Shown piece after piece: positions 10,118 to 23,620 of a DNA stretch of 64,000 nucleotides. A program made the translations under genes and the position numbers. This DNA comes from Schizosaccharomyces osmophilus (Eukaryota), in contig NC_079239.1 in the NCBI RefSeq assembly GCF_027921745.1, positions 3,100,001-3,164,000 of the forward strand. Reading direction: 5' to 3'. Position 1 is the stretch's first letter. Each line of letters begins with the position of its first letter. The notes beneath the pieces are model-generated. The model searched no databases. It had not been told where the DNA came from and saw only the letters and a list, made by a program, of their open reading frames with translations.

Positions 10118-10706
10118 GTATATTTCTACATTATGCAATATTTAAAGCTGAAATGAAAACTAGAAGCTATGGCTGTTTCAAAAGCTGCAAATGCACTTCA
10201 CAAATCATCCTTTAGAATGAACGGTTCTTTTTCTTCTTCTATTTCAATTTGTTTACTAGCGTCACTGTTGTAACTTACGAATAGTACAATACTAAGGATG
10301 CTATCGTTTCCAAGTGCTCTTTTTTCACATGTGAGTCTTCAAACAGTTTCCTTTTCAGCTCATTCATTTCCATCGAAAGAACCTTCTGATTCTATAAGTC
10401 TCTCAGTGGACTTTATTTCAACCGTTTTCCTTTTTATACATATTGTTTACATTTTTGCAAACCGTGTCCAGGTTTGCTATCTGTGTAACGTTAGCTAACG
10501 ATACAACCGTATTCACTCTTATATAAAGACAAACCAATCCTTTTGCCAACTTCTTAGGATCTTTGTGGAGTAGATTTATTCGTAGAATTCTTAGACTTTA
10601 CCTTTGTTTTTTAGTGAATATTTTCATTCAAGGATTGGTTTGTTGTCTAATGGGATCTTAGACGCCTTGATGGATCCATCGTTGACATTCCAGTCGATTC
10701 TAGCAT

Positions 10707-11498
10707 ATGGATAAAGACAAAGAGAGATTGCTTACGAAAAAACGGCGATTGAAATCAGAATATGGAGTAGGGCGTCTTCGCCGACACTGTGTGATTTGTT
10801 TGGAACATGACGGCCGCCGGGCTCAATTGTCGCCTTGCCGACATGATCAGTTTGACTATGAATGTATTCGCCAATGGTTAGAGAAATCATTGACATGCCC
10901 GATTTGCAAACAATCAGTAGACTGTGTTTATTATGACTTTGCTGGGTCTGGCGGATGGAAAAAGTGGTATCCACACTCTTTTTTGTCCCGTCGAAAGAAG
11001 CAGATAAGCAGGGCTTCTTCTTCTTTAAACGGAGATTCCATTTATGGTGTAGCTTCTGAGAACGCAACAAATATCGTTGTTGTTCGACGACGGATTTATG
11101 AGGCAGGATGGCCCAGTATTTCCATGACCTCTCATCCTGAAAATAGTAGATATTCCCGTGGATTTACACCCGACCAGTTTTGTTTGGATTCTTCCTTACA
11201 GGGACGGGCAGATGCTTTTCTTACAACGGAGTTGATGGTATTTGATTATATGGACTATGAGCAAACATTGTTTTTGCGTGAGTATATTCTTGGCCTTCTA
11301 AAGCGACAATCCATCTCGGAGGAACAAACGGTTCATGAATTCAACGAATTATTTGGTGAAAGAGATGGTTCGTTGTTTTTACATGAGTTAAGTCGGTACT
11401 TGTGTTCCTCTATTTCTTCTCTTAGCACCTTAATACACAGCAGAAGCTTTTTGTATGGTCCTGAAAGACTAACAATGGCTCAGTTAAATGAAACATAA
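10707..11498 (+). CDS. RING-finger ubiquitin ligase (Topors/Psh1-like)
   Basis: CVIC...PCRHDQFDYECIRQW...CPICK RING motif in a 263-aa ORF. Confidence 0.85.
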   Translation: MDKDKERLLTKKRRLKSEYGVGRLRRHCVICLEHDGRRAQLSPCRHDQFDYECIRQWLEKSLTCPICKQSVDCVYYDFAGSGGWKKWYPHSFLSRRKKQISRASSSLNGDSIYGVASENATNIVVVRRRIYEAGWPSISMTSHPENSRYSRGFTPDQFCLDSSLQGRADAFLTTELMVFDYMDYEQTLFLREYILGLLKRQSISEEQTVHEFNELFGERDGSLFLHELSRYLCSSISSLSTLIHSRSFLYGPERLTMAQLNET

Positions 11499-11889
11499 TT
11501 TCTTTTCGTCCTAGCATTTCTTCTAGTCGCTAATATCTTCCTGCTAATAGCTTTTCCATAAATTTGAGTAACATTGAAAAAGTAGATAAATTAATCAACC
11601 AGATCTATGAATTTATATTTTTTACTTCTATACATTTCAATTAAAAAATTATAACTAATTTCTTACCATCTCCAACCTTGCCTTCAAACATCTTCCTATT
11701 AACGCTGCTCATTGTGCGTTGCACATTGCTGCTAAAAAGTTTACCAAGAACAAACCGACCTTGGAGATTTTTGTATCAAAAAACTTACAGGGTTCTTTCA
11801 TTATTTCTTTTTTGTATACTTTTTGAAATTGGAAAATTTGTTTTCTTGGAAAAATTCGCGTCTTTGAGTCAGGGAATTAAGGAATTGCT

Positions 11890-12406
11890 ATGTCTACACT
11901 TAATGGACAGGTATGAGTAGAATTTTTCCATCAATAGCACAGTTACTAATCTCATTTAGACGGCATTGGCCTATGCAAAGGTTTGGCATCATGTTTCCGC
12001 AAAGGGGATTCCATTAGGACGTCTCGCGTCGAATATTGCTATAACATTAATGGGCAAGCACAAGCCTATTTATCATCCTGCTGCAGATTGTGGAGACGTT
12101 GTCGTAGTTACAGACTGCGAAAATGTTCGAATTTCTGGCCGAAAACTTGAACAGCATAAATATTACTCCCATTCAGGACGACCTGGTAACTTAAAGGAAT
12201 GGACGATGGAGGAAATGGTAAAAAAGAAAGGTTACAGAGAACTTTTGAGAAGAGCCGTAGGAGGAATGCTTCCAAAGAATCGTCTGTGGGACATGCGCAT
12301 GAATCGACTACATATATATGATGGTCCTGCGCATCCTTATAAAGCAAATATTTTCCGGAGACACAATAGCCCTATACTTTCCGAAATAGAAAAGTTAAAG
12401 GAATAA
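11890..12406 (+). CDS. mrpl23: Mitochondrial ribosomal protein uL13
   Basis: Short exon 1 (MSTLNGQ, GTATGA donor), then WHHVSAKGIPLGRLASNIAITLMGKHKPIYHP...DCGDVVVV and GMLPKN, which are L13 motifs. Confidence 0.92.
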
Positions 12407-12908
12407 AAACTATCTTTTGCTTCCCAGTGACCTGTTGCGCCGCAAATATACCCTACATCCTTTATGATACCCAATCCTGTCTTTGGCCTCATTTTTGTCT
12501 ACGAACTTTTTCCAATGAGCAAATATTTCAGTAAAAATCCCTTTTTAATAGTGATAACATAACATAATAAACAGTTTAAGATGAGAATATAAATTCAATT
12601 AATATCTAATCATCAATGCTAGTTAGTCCTTCTTCACGTGTGTGTTTTTGACTATGATAATGAGAACTGGTTTATTTCGTTCTAGTTATAGACTAGTATT
12701 ATTTGATCAACAAGCAAAAAGGATTTCTATAAAGAAGACACGAAGAAAAAGGTATTAACAATACATGTACCAGAGAAGAATATATTGTCTGCCGGGCGAA
12801 AGAGCGATAGTAACTTTAATTAAAGAATAGTAAATTTTACTGCATACAAGTTTCCAATCAAAACAGCATTGAAATCGGTTTATAGTCAGTATCTACCTAC
12901 ACGGTCTC

Positions 12909-14078
12909 TTAAAAGAACAGATAGCCAATGAGGAAGAAAATGAGACAAAGAACGACGACAACATTAGGTGGAATACCTGGAGTGTTGGTTATAGCGGCAT
13001 TAGCGATGGTGGAAGGCTCAGCAGAGTAAGCAGGCTTAGTATCCTTGGCGACAACATCTTCTTTTTGTGAGGGAGCAACCACACCTTGGTCTACATTGAC
13101 AGCTTCACGAGTGTCATCACCAACAGTAGCAGGGACGTCATCACCGCTTGCTACCATCGTTTGCTGGACAAAATGGTTGGCTTCCTTGCTAGGAACAGGA
13201 GGGGGAGCGTGGGAGGGTGGAGTAGTAGAAATGTTACGACGAACGGGCTCAGGAGCAGTAGTATCTAAGGTGTTTTGAGCCCCGTTGTCTGTGAAGTCGG
13301 AGTCCACGGGAACACCAGTTTTTTCAGCATCCTTGACAGGACTATCGTTGAAAGATTGGTTCACTCCAGCGTCGGAAACAGCAGATCGCAAGCTTTCATC
13401 AACAGTAGGGTCAACCTTGTCATTGCTGAAGTCATTTTTGGTGTCATCCAAAGAGAGGGCAGCAGCGGTAGGAGCAATACCTGCAGCACCAATGTCAGCA
13501 CTATTAGGGGAGTCAGTAGCATTGGAAGCATCTGCAGTGTTCTCATTTTGCTTTTCGGATGAAGCAGGAATACGGGTCTGGTTGACTTGGTAGACACATC
13601 GAATTTTACGATCATGAACGGGGCTACCGTGCTTTTCCATTTCGGTCCAAAAGTCCTGGTAGTTTTCAACACCTTCCGTGTTTTCGTTGCCAATTCCCAT
13701 GCTCTGGATCAAAAATTTATCACGGCATCTGAAATCAGGAGCAGGTTCCTCTTTCATGGCTTGAAGCAAGACTATGATGTTGGTTAGGTCATTATCAACA
13801 AAAATACAAAGAAAAGTACAGCCAGGCATTTTAGGGACGCACGTTCAAGTATCACAAAAAATCCCAAGTATAACTTTTAAAACCATACCTTGTACGTTGA
13901 CGCTGGACTTGGCATCAATTCGTCCAGAGTTGGGACGGACACAATATTGCTTAGGAGCAGTCGTTTTCACTTTAAAGATGACAGGTTCCTCATGAGGATT
14001 ATACACCGAAATTAGCTCCTTCGACATAGTCGTGAATGGAGGATAAAAGTACAATTCTCCACTGCATTCGATACTCAT
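12909..14078 (-). CDS. scs2: VAP-family ER membrane protein (MSP domain, C-terminal TM)
   Basis: FKVKTTAPKQYCVRPNSG VAP signature, RDKFLIQS, one intron (~13888-13771) and a C-terminal TM tail. Confidence 0.92.
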
Positions 14079-14976
14079 TATTAATGACGAAATCTGAAAC
14101 GTTAGCAACTAAACCTTCCATAATCGTTTCTTATAAGTATCCGAAAAGACTCGCTGAGGCTGTAACAAGGTTCCATACAAAAACTTCCACATCTCCAATA
14201 TCCAGCCTTCTGTTATCGCAGAAAAAAGATTGCAATCTTCTTCAGACTTTTCTTTACATACTTAGATTACTACAATTAACTATTATAGAGAATAGTTCGG
14301 TTCTTGTTCTCTCCAGAAATGCAAATTGGATTCCAAAGGTGGATGGTTCTACCCAGTTACGAATTACGTTGAGGCAGTTAGATGACTTCCCGGTAAGCTC
14401 GGTGACCTCGGTAACTTCGGTAAATATGAATGAGTCGGTGTCATTAAGGGACTTTCCCAAGTTAACCTTAGCGTATATGCTGTTTCACTCGGATTATAAG
14501 AATTCATGCAATTAAATTGCTTTATTTGGAAAGAATAAACAGCGAACGTTTAGGGAAATGTTATGGAAGAAATTTTTTCGTAGAATTTGAAACTCGAGCC
14601 ACTTTGCGTACGTTCAGTCAGTTTTCTGTTACATCCTCTCCCAGATACTTGCGTATATTTCATTAAGAAGCTAAAGAAGAGCTCTGCTCTAGGAGAAAAT
14701 TTCGAAAGTCGGTGCTAAACTTGTACGGATTCCTTACAATTATTATATCTTCTCTTCAAATTATTAACCCAGCACCTTTTTCTTCACTGGAATCAGTCAA
14801 CTTCGTGTTTGGTTTTATAATAGATTTTTTTTTTTCATTCCTTGAAAAATCGCTCTTTTTATTTAACAAGCGACAAAAGTTTTCTTTCAAAGCTAGAGTT
14901 AGGTCACGCGTTCCTTTACACGTCCTCTACTACACCTCATTTTGCTGTTTTCCAAATACCTTATAATTTTAAACGC

Positions 14977-15630
14977 ATGCGTTTCCCATTCATCTTTTTG
15001 CTGTGTGTTTTCCATTTGAAAGTTTTCTTTCTTGCTGCAAAGGCCTCACCCAGACTTTCGCTATCCTCTCCGATTCGTAAACAGAATGTATTTACTACGC
15101 TGCCTACGTCTTTGGTTCGCAGAGCAGGTGCAATGAGTGTTTCGGATTCTTCTAGTAGTACCTCTAGTTCCAGCAATCGAAAGTCTTTGTCTTCCGGTAA
15201 AACTTCATCCTCTATCTCCGATATTATTAGCACTTCTGATGCTTCTGGGACCTCTGTTTCCTCGTCTCATAAAAATGCTACGGACGGGTTTATCACTGAA
15301 TATGTGACCATTCAACCTACTACGCTCATTACAACTATTTTCCAATATACCTCTTTGGCTTCTACTATACCCGCGCAGAGTGGTTTAGCCTCTTTGGTTC
15401 CTCAATCTTATTCTCCCTACGGCAGTGCTGGTGCTCTTATTGGAATTTTAGTCGGCGTGATTGTGGGAAGTGTGTTTGTCTTTGCCATCGTCATGGTGGT
15501 AGCACGTATATGGGGACCTCGTCTTTTGGCTAATAAAAAAAATAACGAAGAAAGTGATGGAAATTTTCAAGATGACCCTGAAGTCAAGCAAGAAAGAATC
15601 CCACAAATTACTTATGCTTCTAATTTTTAG
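14977..15630 (+). CDS. Ser/Thr-rich type I membrane protein, lineage-specific
   Basis: Signal peptide (MRFPFIFLLC...), Ser/Thr-rich ectodomain, one TM (ALIGILVGVIVGSVFVFAIVMVVA) and a short tail. Confidence 0.8.
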   Translation: MRFPFIFLLCVFHLKVFFLAAKASPRLSLSSPIRKQNVFTTLPTSLVRRAGAMSVSDSSSSTSSSSNRKSLSSGKTSSSISDIISTSDASGTSVSSSHKNATDGFITEYVTIQPTTLITTIFQYTSLASTIPAQSGLASLVPQSYSPYGSAGALIGILVGVIVGSVFVFAIVMVVARIWGPRLLANKKNNEESDGNFQDDPEVKQERIPQITYASNF

Positions 15631-15956
15631 ATTTTCTGGCTTGCTTAACCCTTTTTTTTTTCTATGTACATATACGTATATATAACTTACTTTTCTTTTT
15701 TATGTTTGCTCCCTTATGATTGTTTGCCTTTTTCTTTCCCTCTCACACTCTCTCATATATAAGTCTTACATGCCATAGCATGTATGTCTTTTGTAATTTA
15801 ATTTATTTTATTTTTTTTACTTACTTTCACATTACATTATTGTATTACATTCTTGAGAAATTGAAGTATATTGAAAGGATGCTCATTGTATATTTTATTT
15901 ACACATATACATCTAGATTCGTAAAGATGAAAAAATAAAAATCGTTATTCCAACGC

Positions 15957-17155
15957 TTAGCGTTTCATATCCGTTTCTGCAGAATTCGACTTCAGGGAAG
16001 AAATCTCTTTATGCAGGGAATTTGAAGGTGCTGGAGAATTCGACACTTGCTTGTAGATGGACAGAGCTTGAGTTACCATAGAAGAGATGTCATTAGCAGT
16101 TGCAGGAAGAATCATAGTATTGGAAGTCTTTGCAAGGTTTCCAAAATTCTTCAGGTATTGTTCAGCAACGTGCAAGTTAACAGCATCAGCCCCATGGTCC
16201 TTTTGGGAAATCATATCTGACAAAACATCAATTCCTTTTGCTGTAGCAAAAGCCCTATTAAACAAGGTTAGTAATATATTTTAAAAGAATGTAAAATTTT
16301 ACCTTTCACGAATTGCTTGAGCTTCCGCCAAGGCGGCATTAATGGTTCGAATCTTTTGGCTCTCAGAATCTAAAATTTCTGATTGTTTGTCACCCTCTGC
16401 AACGTTGATCACAGACTGCCTCTTTCCTTCAGAAGCCAAAATCTCTGCACGCTTTTGGCGCTCAGCAGATACTTGTTGATGCATGGCCATCACAACACTT
16501 TCGGGTGGACGAATATCACGAATTTCATGGCGCAGACAGCGAATTCCCCAATTTTCAGCAGCTTTGTTGATAGCTTCCGATATATGTTCATTCAAAGATT
16601 GTCGTTCTCGTAAAACATGGTCGAGCGTAAGCCGTCCAATCTCACTACGCATTGTTGTTTGAGCTAGTTGTGAAATGGCATAATCCGCATCTTCAATACC
16701 ATAACTTGCTTTATATGGATCATACACTTGAATATATAGAACGCCATCTAAGCCTATAGAAACATTATCCAAAGTAATGGCAGACTGGGTAGGAATTTCC
16801 AAAGCGCGCTCCTTTAAGCAGTGAATATACGAAATTTTATCTGCAACAGGGACAAGAAAAGCAAGACCAGGAGTCAAGATTCTATTCGTGAAAAGAAGCA
16901 TTAGCGATGATGAGAGGGGATTATTACTTTTGCTTACCTAGAAAAACGACCCATGCGTTCCACCACATACGCCATTTGCTGAGGAACAAATTTGATGATA
17001 GTATTAGCTGCTTGGTCTTTCCACACAGGTGTAAACAGATTCAAAGAGGATGATGTATCGCTTTTGTAACGAAAACCAAAACTCTTCACAGCACCTGTGC
17101 GTCGAAAATTCGACCGCCCAAGTCGAAGAGCTTGAAATGCAAAGTTCTGCAACAT
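15957..17155 (-). CDS. Mitochondrial stomatin-like (SPFH/band 7, SLP-2) protein, 3 exons
   Basis: FVPQQMAYVVERMGRFSR, QSAITLDNVSIGLDGVLY and AERQKRAEILASEG; three ORF pieces joined by GT-AG introns. Confidence 0.92.
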
Positions 17156-18166
17156 AAAGTGCTAATAGGATACGAAGGAAATAGTATATGGATGGGCTGA
17201 AAGAGGTTTGTGAACTTTCAAAGAAATAACAAGAGAATCAGAAAAATGCAAGGATAGAGAAATGTAATAAAAAACTTAGTATGAAATTGAATGAAATTCG
17301 CAATTCAATGGATTTGAGTGTGGTATAATCCTTTTACTGGCAGAAAACACAAGGTTGCTCTGAAGTTGTAGTACGCTTTACTTACGGTTTGGTGTGCCAG
17401 AAACATCACAAAACACCAAAATATAGAAAAAGAATTAATTTAAAAGATAAAAAAGAAGAAAGTAGAAAAAGCATTGAATTTTAAAACTCTCCTTATGATT
17501 GCTACCAAATTCAAGTATCCTCTTAATATATCATTTTATGAGTTTGGATATTGTAAAATCATACTAAGATGTGGATGTGGATCAAATTTTTGCATGATTT
17601 GGCAAAAATTACAAGCAAATGCTGAATTTCATGATATCTATTATCTTATTTTATAGTTAGATTCCATAGATCTTGACTTGAATGAAGCAGCGTTTTTGGA
17701 TCGGTTTTGGTTCACCTTTCCTAATAAAACAACTGTGGGTTCTTTTTACAAAAGTCAAGCAAACCCCTAATTTATGCTAAATACACTAGTCTAATTCATT
17801 CTCGTTTTGTTTTTTTTAAGACAGGCTATATTTTTAGAACCTTTCGACTTGACGAAAGCGATTTCTGTATCTTAATACTTTGAATTTGGTTTGGATACTT
17901 TTCGCTCTTGTTCTTTACAAACCTAGTCTCAAGGCAAACTATCGTAAACATTACTTTTAAAATCGAGGTGTGGTTTGGCAAGATACATATATATTAAGGC
18001 TTTAAATTGTACTGACTTGTTCTCTTGTTCTCAGCAATTGGAATCGTATGTTGAGTACGATTTAGCTCCTTTCTCATTTTTCTTCTTTAATTTTTTGTAA
18101 TTTTCTACCTTTTTTATTTGAATTGGTTGGGCTCTTGTGTTTTTCTTGGTGAAAGTACTTTTCAAG

Positions 18167-19231
18167 ATGAGTTTATCAAGCGCTGCTGTTCGCAGAGCTA
18201 TGCAAGTTATGGACAGGACAGGACAGGAGATTCCCGTGAATGAAATTGAGTCTGCGCTCCACGATATCCTACAAGAAAAGTCGAATCCTGTCCAAATTGG
18301 TGCCTTTCTTACAGCCATGCGTTTAACAAGAGTTGAACAGCGCCCCGAGGTTTTAATGTCGACAGTCAATGTTATTCGGTCGTATTCGATTCCGGTTGAA
18401 GGTATATCTTCCATACAACCGAAATTCATTGATATAGTTGGCACAGGAGGCGATGGTCATAATACCTTTAATGTCAGCACTGCTTCCGCTATTATCGCTG
18501 CTGGTGCAGGAGCACACGTTTGCAAGCATGGAAACAAGGCCTCTACTTCGTCCAGTGGATCTGCTGATCTGCTAATGTCGTTTGGTTGTGATTTACTGAA
18601 TGTCACTGCGAAAAATCTGATTGCCATCACAGATGAATCGAAATTCTCGTTTTTATTTGCTCCTCAATGTCATCCGAGACTGAAGGTGGTTGCCCCGGTC
18701 CGTAAAGAAATTGGTGTTCCTTCCATATTCAACCTAGTCGGTCCTTTGCTCAATCCCGTGCCAACTTATGCTCGTATTATCGGTGTGAGTCACCCGAGTC
18801 TTGTACCAACATTTGCTCGAGCTCTTTTGCTTCTCGGTGCTGATCGTTCTTTCGTAGTATGTGGTGAGGAAGGTTTGGATGAAATTTCTCCTGCTGGTCC
18901 TACTCATGCCTGGTTGGTTAAGGATGGTCAAATTACTCAAATGATTTTAACTCCTGAGTCATTCCATCTTCCTCGTCATCCTTTATCTAGTGTTGCTAGC
19001 GGAACCCCATCTGCTAATGCTGTGCTTCTTGAAAAGATGTTATCCAATATGCTCCCTAAAAACCATCCTGTCTTGGATTATGTCTTGATAAATACAGCTA
19101 TGCTATTACATGTTGCCGGACTAGCAGAATCTTTGCATGATGGTGTATTACTTGCTCAAGAAAGCATTGCTTCACATGCTGCTCTGCGTGAGCTTGAGAG
19201 ATTCGCATCAGCCACTCAAAACTTTGAATAA
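18167..19231 (+). CDS. trp4: Anthranilate phosphoribosyltransferase
   Basis: DIVGTGGDGHNTFNVST, KHGNKASTSSSGSADLL and GLDEISP motifs. Confidence 0.96.
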   Translation: MSLSSAAVRRAMQVMDRTGQEIPVNEIESALHDILQEKSNPVQIGAFLTAMRLTRVEQRPEVLMSTVNVIRSYSIPVEGISSIQPKFIDIVGTGGDGHNTFNVSTASAIIAAGAGAHVCKHGNKASTSSSGSADLLMSFGCDLLNVTAKNLIAITDESKFSFLFAPQCHPRLKVVAPVRKEIGVPSIFNLVGPLLNPVPTYARIIGVSHPSLVPTFARALLLLGADRSFVVCGEEGLDEISPAGPTHAWLVKDGQITQMILTPESFHLPRHPLSSVASGTPSANAVLLEKMLSNMLPKNHPVLDYVLINTAMLLHVAGLAESLHDGVLLAQESIASHAALRELERFASATQNFE

Positions 19232-19586
19232 ATTTCCTAATGGTATTTTTATTGTTTTAGATTTCTATAGAACTACCTTTCAACGTTCTGTTTATACATA
19301 TCCTGGGCTAGAACAGAACGTTGGCGTTTGCTTTGATTTCGGTTTAAATGTTTATACTGTTTATAATAGATGCAATGAATCACTTTCATTCGATATTTTT
19401 TAATATTCCTCTCTTCCATCCTGTCTTTTCTAATTTTCCTGCTTTTGCTTTACAGAGCTCCAACGTTTTCGAAGGACTATCTTTAAAATCAAGCAAAGCA
19501 AGTTCCACTTTCCCCGTATCCTTCGTTCCTCAATTGGAGGAGGAATTGAATAGTTTTATGGTGGATTTATATACATTCTTTACATA

Positions 19587-21205
19587 ATGTTCTTTTTTCC
19601 TAAAATATGGGTTCTTTTAAGCGCGTTATTTGCTCTCTTTGGACTTGCTGTAACAGAGGGTGATGAACAGCAAAAGTCCTGGCTCGTGGATTCTCTACCG
19701 GGAATTCCTGAAGACTACAAACAAAGAATGTATTCTGGTAATTTGGGAGAAGATGAACAGCTAAACGGGGATCTCTTCTTCTGGATGTTTGAATCAGCAA
19801 ATACTACTTATACAAATAGGACTGTACGTTTCATTAGCAAATATACTCTGAGTAATTTGATATAAAAGATAATTAGATTTACTAATGTGTTGTATAGATA
19901 ATATGGTTAAATGGTGGTCCGGGATGCTCTTCAGAAGATGGTTCCTTAATGGAAGTTGGGCCTTTACGAATTGGAGAAAATGATACATTCCAATTAAATT
20001 CAGGACGATGGGATGAATTTGGTAATATTCTGTTTGTTGATCAGCCAAAAGGGACTGGATTTTCATACTCGTTAGATGATAACTACATGAGCGATAATGA
20101 TAAAATGGCCGAAGAATTCTCTGTCTTCTTTGAGAAATTTCTGACCGAATTTCCTGAACGGGCTAACGACACTTGGTACATAGCTGGTGAATCTTACGCT
20201 GGCCAGTATATTCCATACGTAGCTTCAAGGCTCATAGAAAAGGATTTGGCTCGTTTGGGTGGCCTAGCTATCGGAAATGGGTGGATTCAACCTATTTCTC
20301 ATTACAATACCTATCTGAACTATTTGGTAGAAAAAGGAAAATTAGATTTGTATTCTGAACAGGGTCAATATCTCCATCATGCATGGGCGGATTGTATGTT
20401 GGCCCTTAAGCAAATGGAATCTGGCTCAGGCGACGTTGAAAAATGTGAAAATTTTCTTTACGATATAATGTTTATGGTTTCAGATAAACCGGGAAAAACG
20501 TGCATGAATATGTATGACATTAGTCTAGAATCTAGTTATCCTCTTTGTGGCATGGACTGGCCCATGGAACTTGAGTCCTTGACTCCTTATTTAAGCAAGC
20601 CCGAGGTATTGCAAGCGTTGCATGTAAATACCACCTATGTAAAGGAGTGGAAAGAGTGCAGCAATGACGTTTCAAATGGTTATGCTCGTGAAGGAATTGA
20701 TTCATCTGCAAATCTCATTAAGGATTTGGCGTCGAAAGTTCCGGTAATGTTATTTTACGGTGAAAACGACTTTCTTTGTAACTATTTGTCAGGTGAAGAT
20801 TTGCTTAATTCTTTGGAATGGAATGGTGAAGTTGGTTTTGGAAATACTTCTTGGTTTCCTTGGTTTAACATGGGTTCCTCTGATGAGCCAGCAGGAAGTT
20901 ATATTCAGGCCCGAAACTTGACGTTTGCCCGTATTGCAAAAGCGAGCCATATGGTTTCTTATGATCATCCGATGGAGATGAAAGCGTTGGCTGCGGCTTT
21001 CTTTGACAATGATATTCAACGTTTACTTACTCCTCCAGAACATCTGCCAGATCCAGGAAATGCACAACATAGCAAATGGTTGTATTTAAGTCTTCTTCCC
21101 GTTGGATTAACGGTTTTGGGATTATCTGGAATTTATGCTTGTCGTAAACTTCAGCTGTTTGGACTGAAAGAGGCCTCTTATGAAGCCTTGCCTGAAAGCC
21201 CATAA
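19587..21205 (+). CDS. kex1: Kex1-like serine carboxypeptidase (S10) with C-terminal TM, 2 exons
   Basis: Signal peptide, LFFWMFES, WLNGGPGCSS, VDQPKGTGFSY, AGESYAGQYIP, ASHMV and a C-terminal TM; intron at ~19824-19897. Confidence 0.88.
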
Positions 21206-21571
21206 GCTTTTTATGTCAATTCTTTTCTACCTTGGGCCTAATTTTATAATGACCCAGCACTTTCTTTGATTCAGCAATAGTACCATTGAGCTGAAGACTT
21301 ATCCTTTATGAATATGCCCTTCTTTTTCCAATGTTTTTTTGCAAAGCATTCAAGAGAAAGAGATCTTTGTTTAACTTGATTTGATTTATTTTATTCTATT
21401 TTAATGATGCTTTTTTCAATACATATTTTTTTTTTCTTTGCATTGCTTATTAGACGCAGCAAATTCCGTAATGGAGCAGAGTTCGTAAATCATTTTACCA
21501 TACTCGAAGGGTGATCCGTATTTATGGTCTTGACAACGTTCAAGTGAATCGAGTTGTCATTTACCAAACCG

Positions 21572-22600
21572 ATGCAATTGTCCTTGCCAGAACTATCCTA
21601 CACGCGTCAGTCGTTGACTGCGTTTGAACCGCCAATTCGGAATGATGGCCGCTCCATTGACCAGCTACGGGCTTTGTCTGGGCAAGTCAACATTCTGCCT
21701 GGAGCTCATGGATCAGCTCGAATAAAATGGGGATCTACAGTCGAGGTTTTAGTCGGAATTAAGGCAGACGTTGCAGATGCAACGATTCATGGAGGGGCTT
21801 TCGAGGCTTCTGTTGATGTGTAAGTGTTGAAATAATAATAAGGAAGGAAGAATCAAAAAAAGGCTTTTTTGCTTTGCTGTTGGAAAATTGAACAATAAAA
21901 CTATGATCTTATTTGTATATAGAACTAGAAACTAACTTGAAATGCTAGTTCTCCTTCAGTTACAATTCAAAATCGAGAAACAGACCACCTTCCATCATCT
22001 CTTACAAGCGCCTTACAGGACGTTTTGGACGCACTTCCTGTGGACTATTTAAAATTTACACCTTCAAAAGCATGGAGGATCCATGTAGACGTAATTGTGA
22101 TGCTCTGTGCTGTTCCTAATGAAAACATTCTTTCTGCGTTGAGTTTGGCTACTTCGCTGGCTCTACAAACAACTAAAATACCTAAAATATCCACTCCAAA
22201 TGTTACTGAAATGGTGTTGGGGAGCAGTAAGTTTGAGCCTTCTGAAGAATACGATGTCGACTCCGAATGGGACAATGCCGTTCCTTTGCAAGGTCTAGAG
22301 AACTTGTCTGTTATTATTACTGCAAGTAGTGTCGACCACATTTTACTCATAGACCCAACAGTGGATGAAGCCAATGTTGCTCAGGCCACCTATGCGGTGG
22401 GTGTTTTACCCGATGGCACTACGTCTTATACTCGAACCATTAGCATGGGAGGTGGTTATGCCTCCACTGGAAGAGCCATAACTGCTGAGCGCTATATTTC
22501 ACTAGTTCAAGCAGCATCCGTAGCGGGTACAAAATTGCAAGAGGCTAGTAAATCTCTTTTAGCATACGAAGGATCCGGTTTCTTTGATATTCTTCCGTAA
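21572..22600 (+). CDS. rrp42: Exosome RNase PH-like subunit Rrp42, 2 exons
   Basis: IRNDGRSIDQLR, GSARIK and VLVGIKA RNase PH-like N-terminus; intron at ~21820-21948. Confidence 0.88.
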
Positions 22601-23038
22601 CTCTTTAGATGATGCCAAAAAAAAAAAAAAAAAAAATTTTTGGTCGGGTACAGTTTGACGTGATTAGAGTCAATCATTCTTGGAACATGCTTTGTACATA
22701 TATATATATAGTTTATGATTACTTTTAACATAGAGTCAGATACTGGATTTAATTATTTCACTAAAAGTAATTGCAAAGAGTTTGGCAACTTTTACTTGAA
22801 ACATTCTATGTTACTCTAACTGTTCTAATTGCATGCAAAAATTGAGGCCGGGTCGTATTTTTTCGTAAGTCCACCGCATTGTCATAAATTCATGTCATCG
22901 TTTCAAAAAATAATGAGAAGGGTTTAAAGTGAAAAAGATTGAGCAAATGCATATATAAAGCATGGGAAAGTTATGTTTAAACACGAATCGAAACAGGTGA
23001 ATCAACCCTGGGAACAACGCATAACAAGCGCTTATAAC

Positions 23039-23620
23039 TTAAATGGAATGTTTCTTGCTTATCTCATCCACATCATCGAGCATTTTTTGGATCTTCGCTA
23101 CAAGACCTTTTCGTTTCGTGCGGAGTTTTTCACTTCCCATAACATCGACGCCATCCAATTTCAATAGTTGTTGCAACAAAAGCTCATAAGCCATCAGCTT
23201 TTGCTTATCCTTCTTCTGTTTATCGTCGAAACTCTCATGAAGATAAGTGTTGTAAATAGGTGTAAGGTCTTTGCTGATGTATTCGTCAATGGCCTGAATT
23301 TCGCCCAATATACGTGAGTACGCGGGATTCTGCTCTTCACTTTGAGCACCCTTTTCTCCTGTCTCTCTTTCAGGGAGATGCTGCTTCTGTGGTTTTATAC
23401 ACAAGATCTTACTATGGTTCTTCAAACCAAATTTTGACAGTGGTGTATTGTTGTCCTTCAATCGTTTTCCTGCGTAAAAAAGCTTGATTTTCTTTTCATG
23501 GATGTCTGCTTTTCGTACCAAATCTTCAATAAAACTTCCAAGAGTTTCGTTCAAGTCAACTGGCATGCGAATTCTTTGATTTCCATAGTGAACGGTGACG
23601 GATTGCTGCTTGTCAGACAT
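23039..23620 (-). CDS. bag101: BAG-family Hsp70 co-chaperone (UBL + BAG domain)
   Basis: Ubiquitin-like N-terminus (IKLFYAGKRLKD) and BAG motif ELLLQQLLKLDGVD...RTKRKGLVAKIQ. Confidence 0.88.
   Translation of the reverse strand: MSDKQQSVTVHYGNQRIRMPVDLNETLGSFIEDLVRKADIHEKKIKLFYAGKRLKDNNTPLSKFGLKNHSKILCIKPQKQHLPERETGEKGAQSEEQNPAYSRILGEIQAIDEYISKDLTPIYNTYLHESFDDKQKKDKQKLMAYELLLQQLLKLDGVDVMGSEKLRTKRKGLVAKIQKMLDDVDEISKKHSI

Noticed and set aside
19587..21205. Kex1-like peptidase as a clustered processing enzyme for the KR-repeat precursor
   Set aside because: It lies 13 kb away inside the conserved housekeeping block, so proximity is most likely coincidental.
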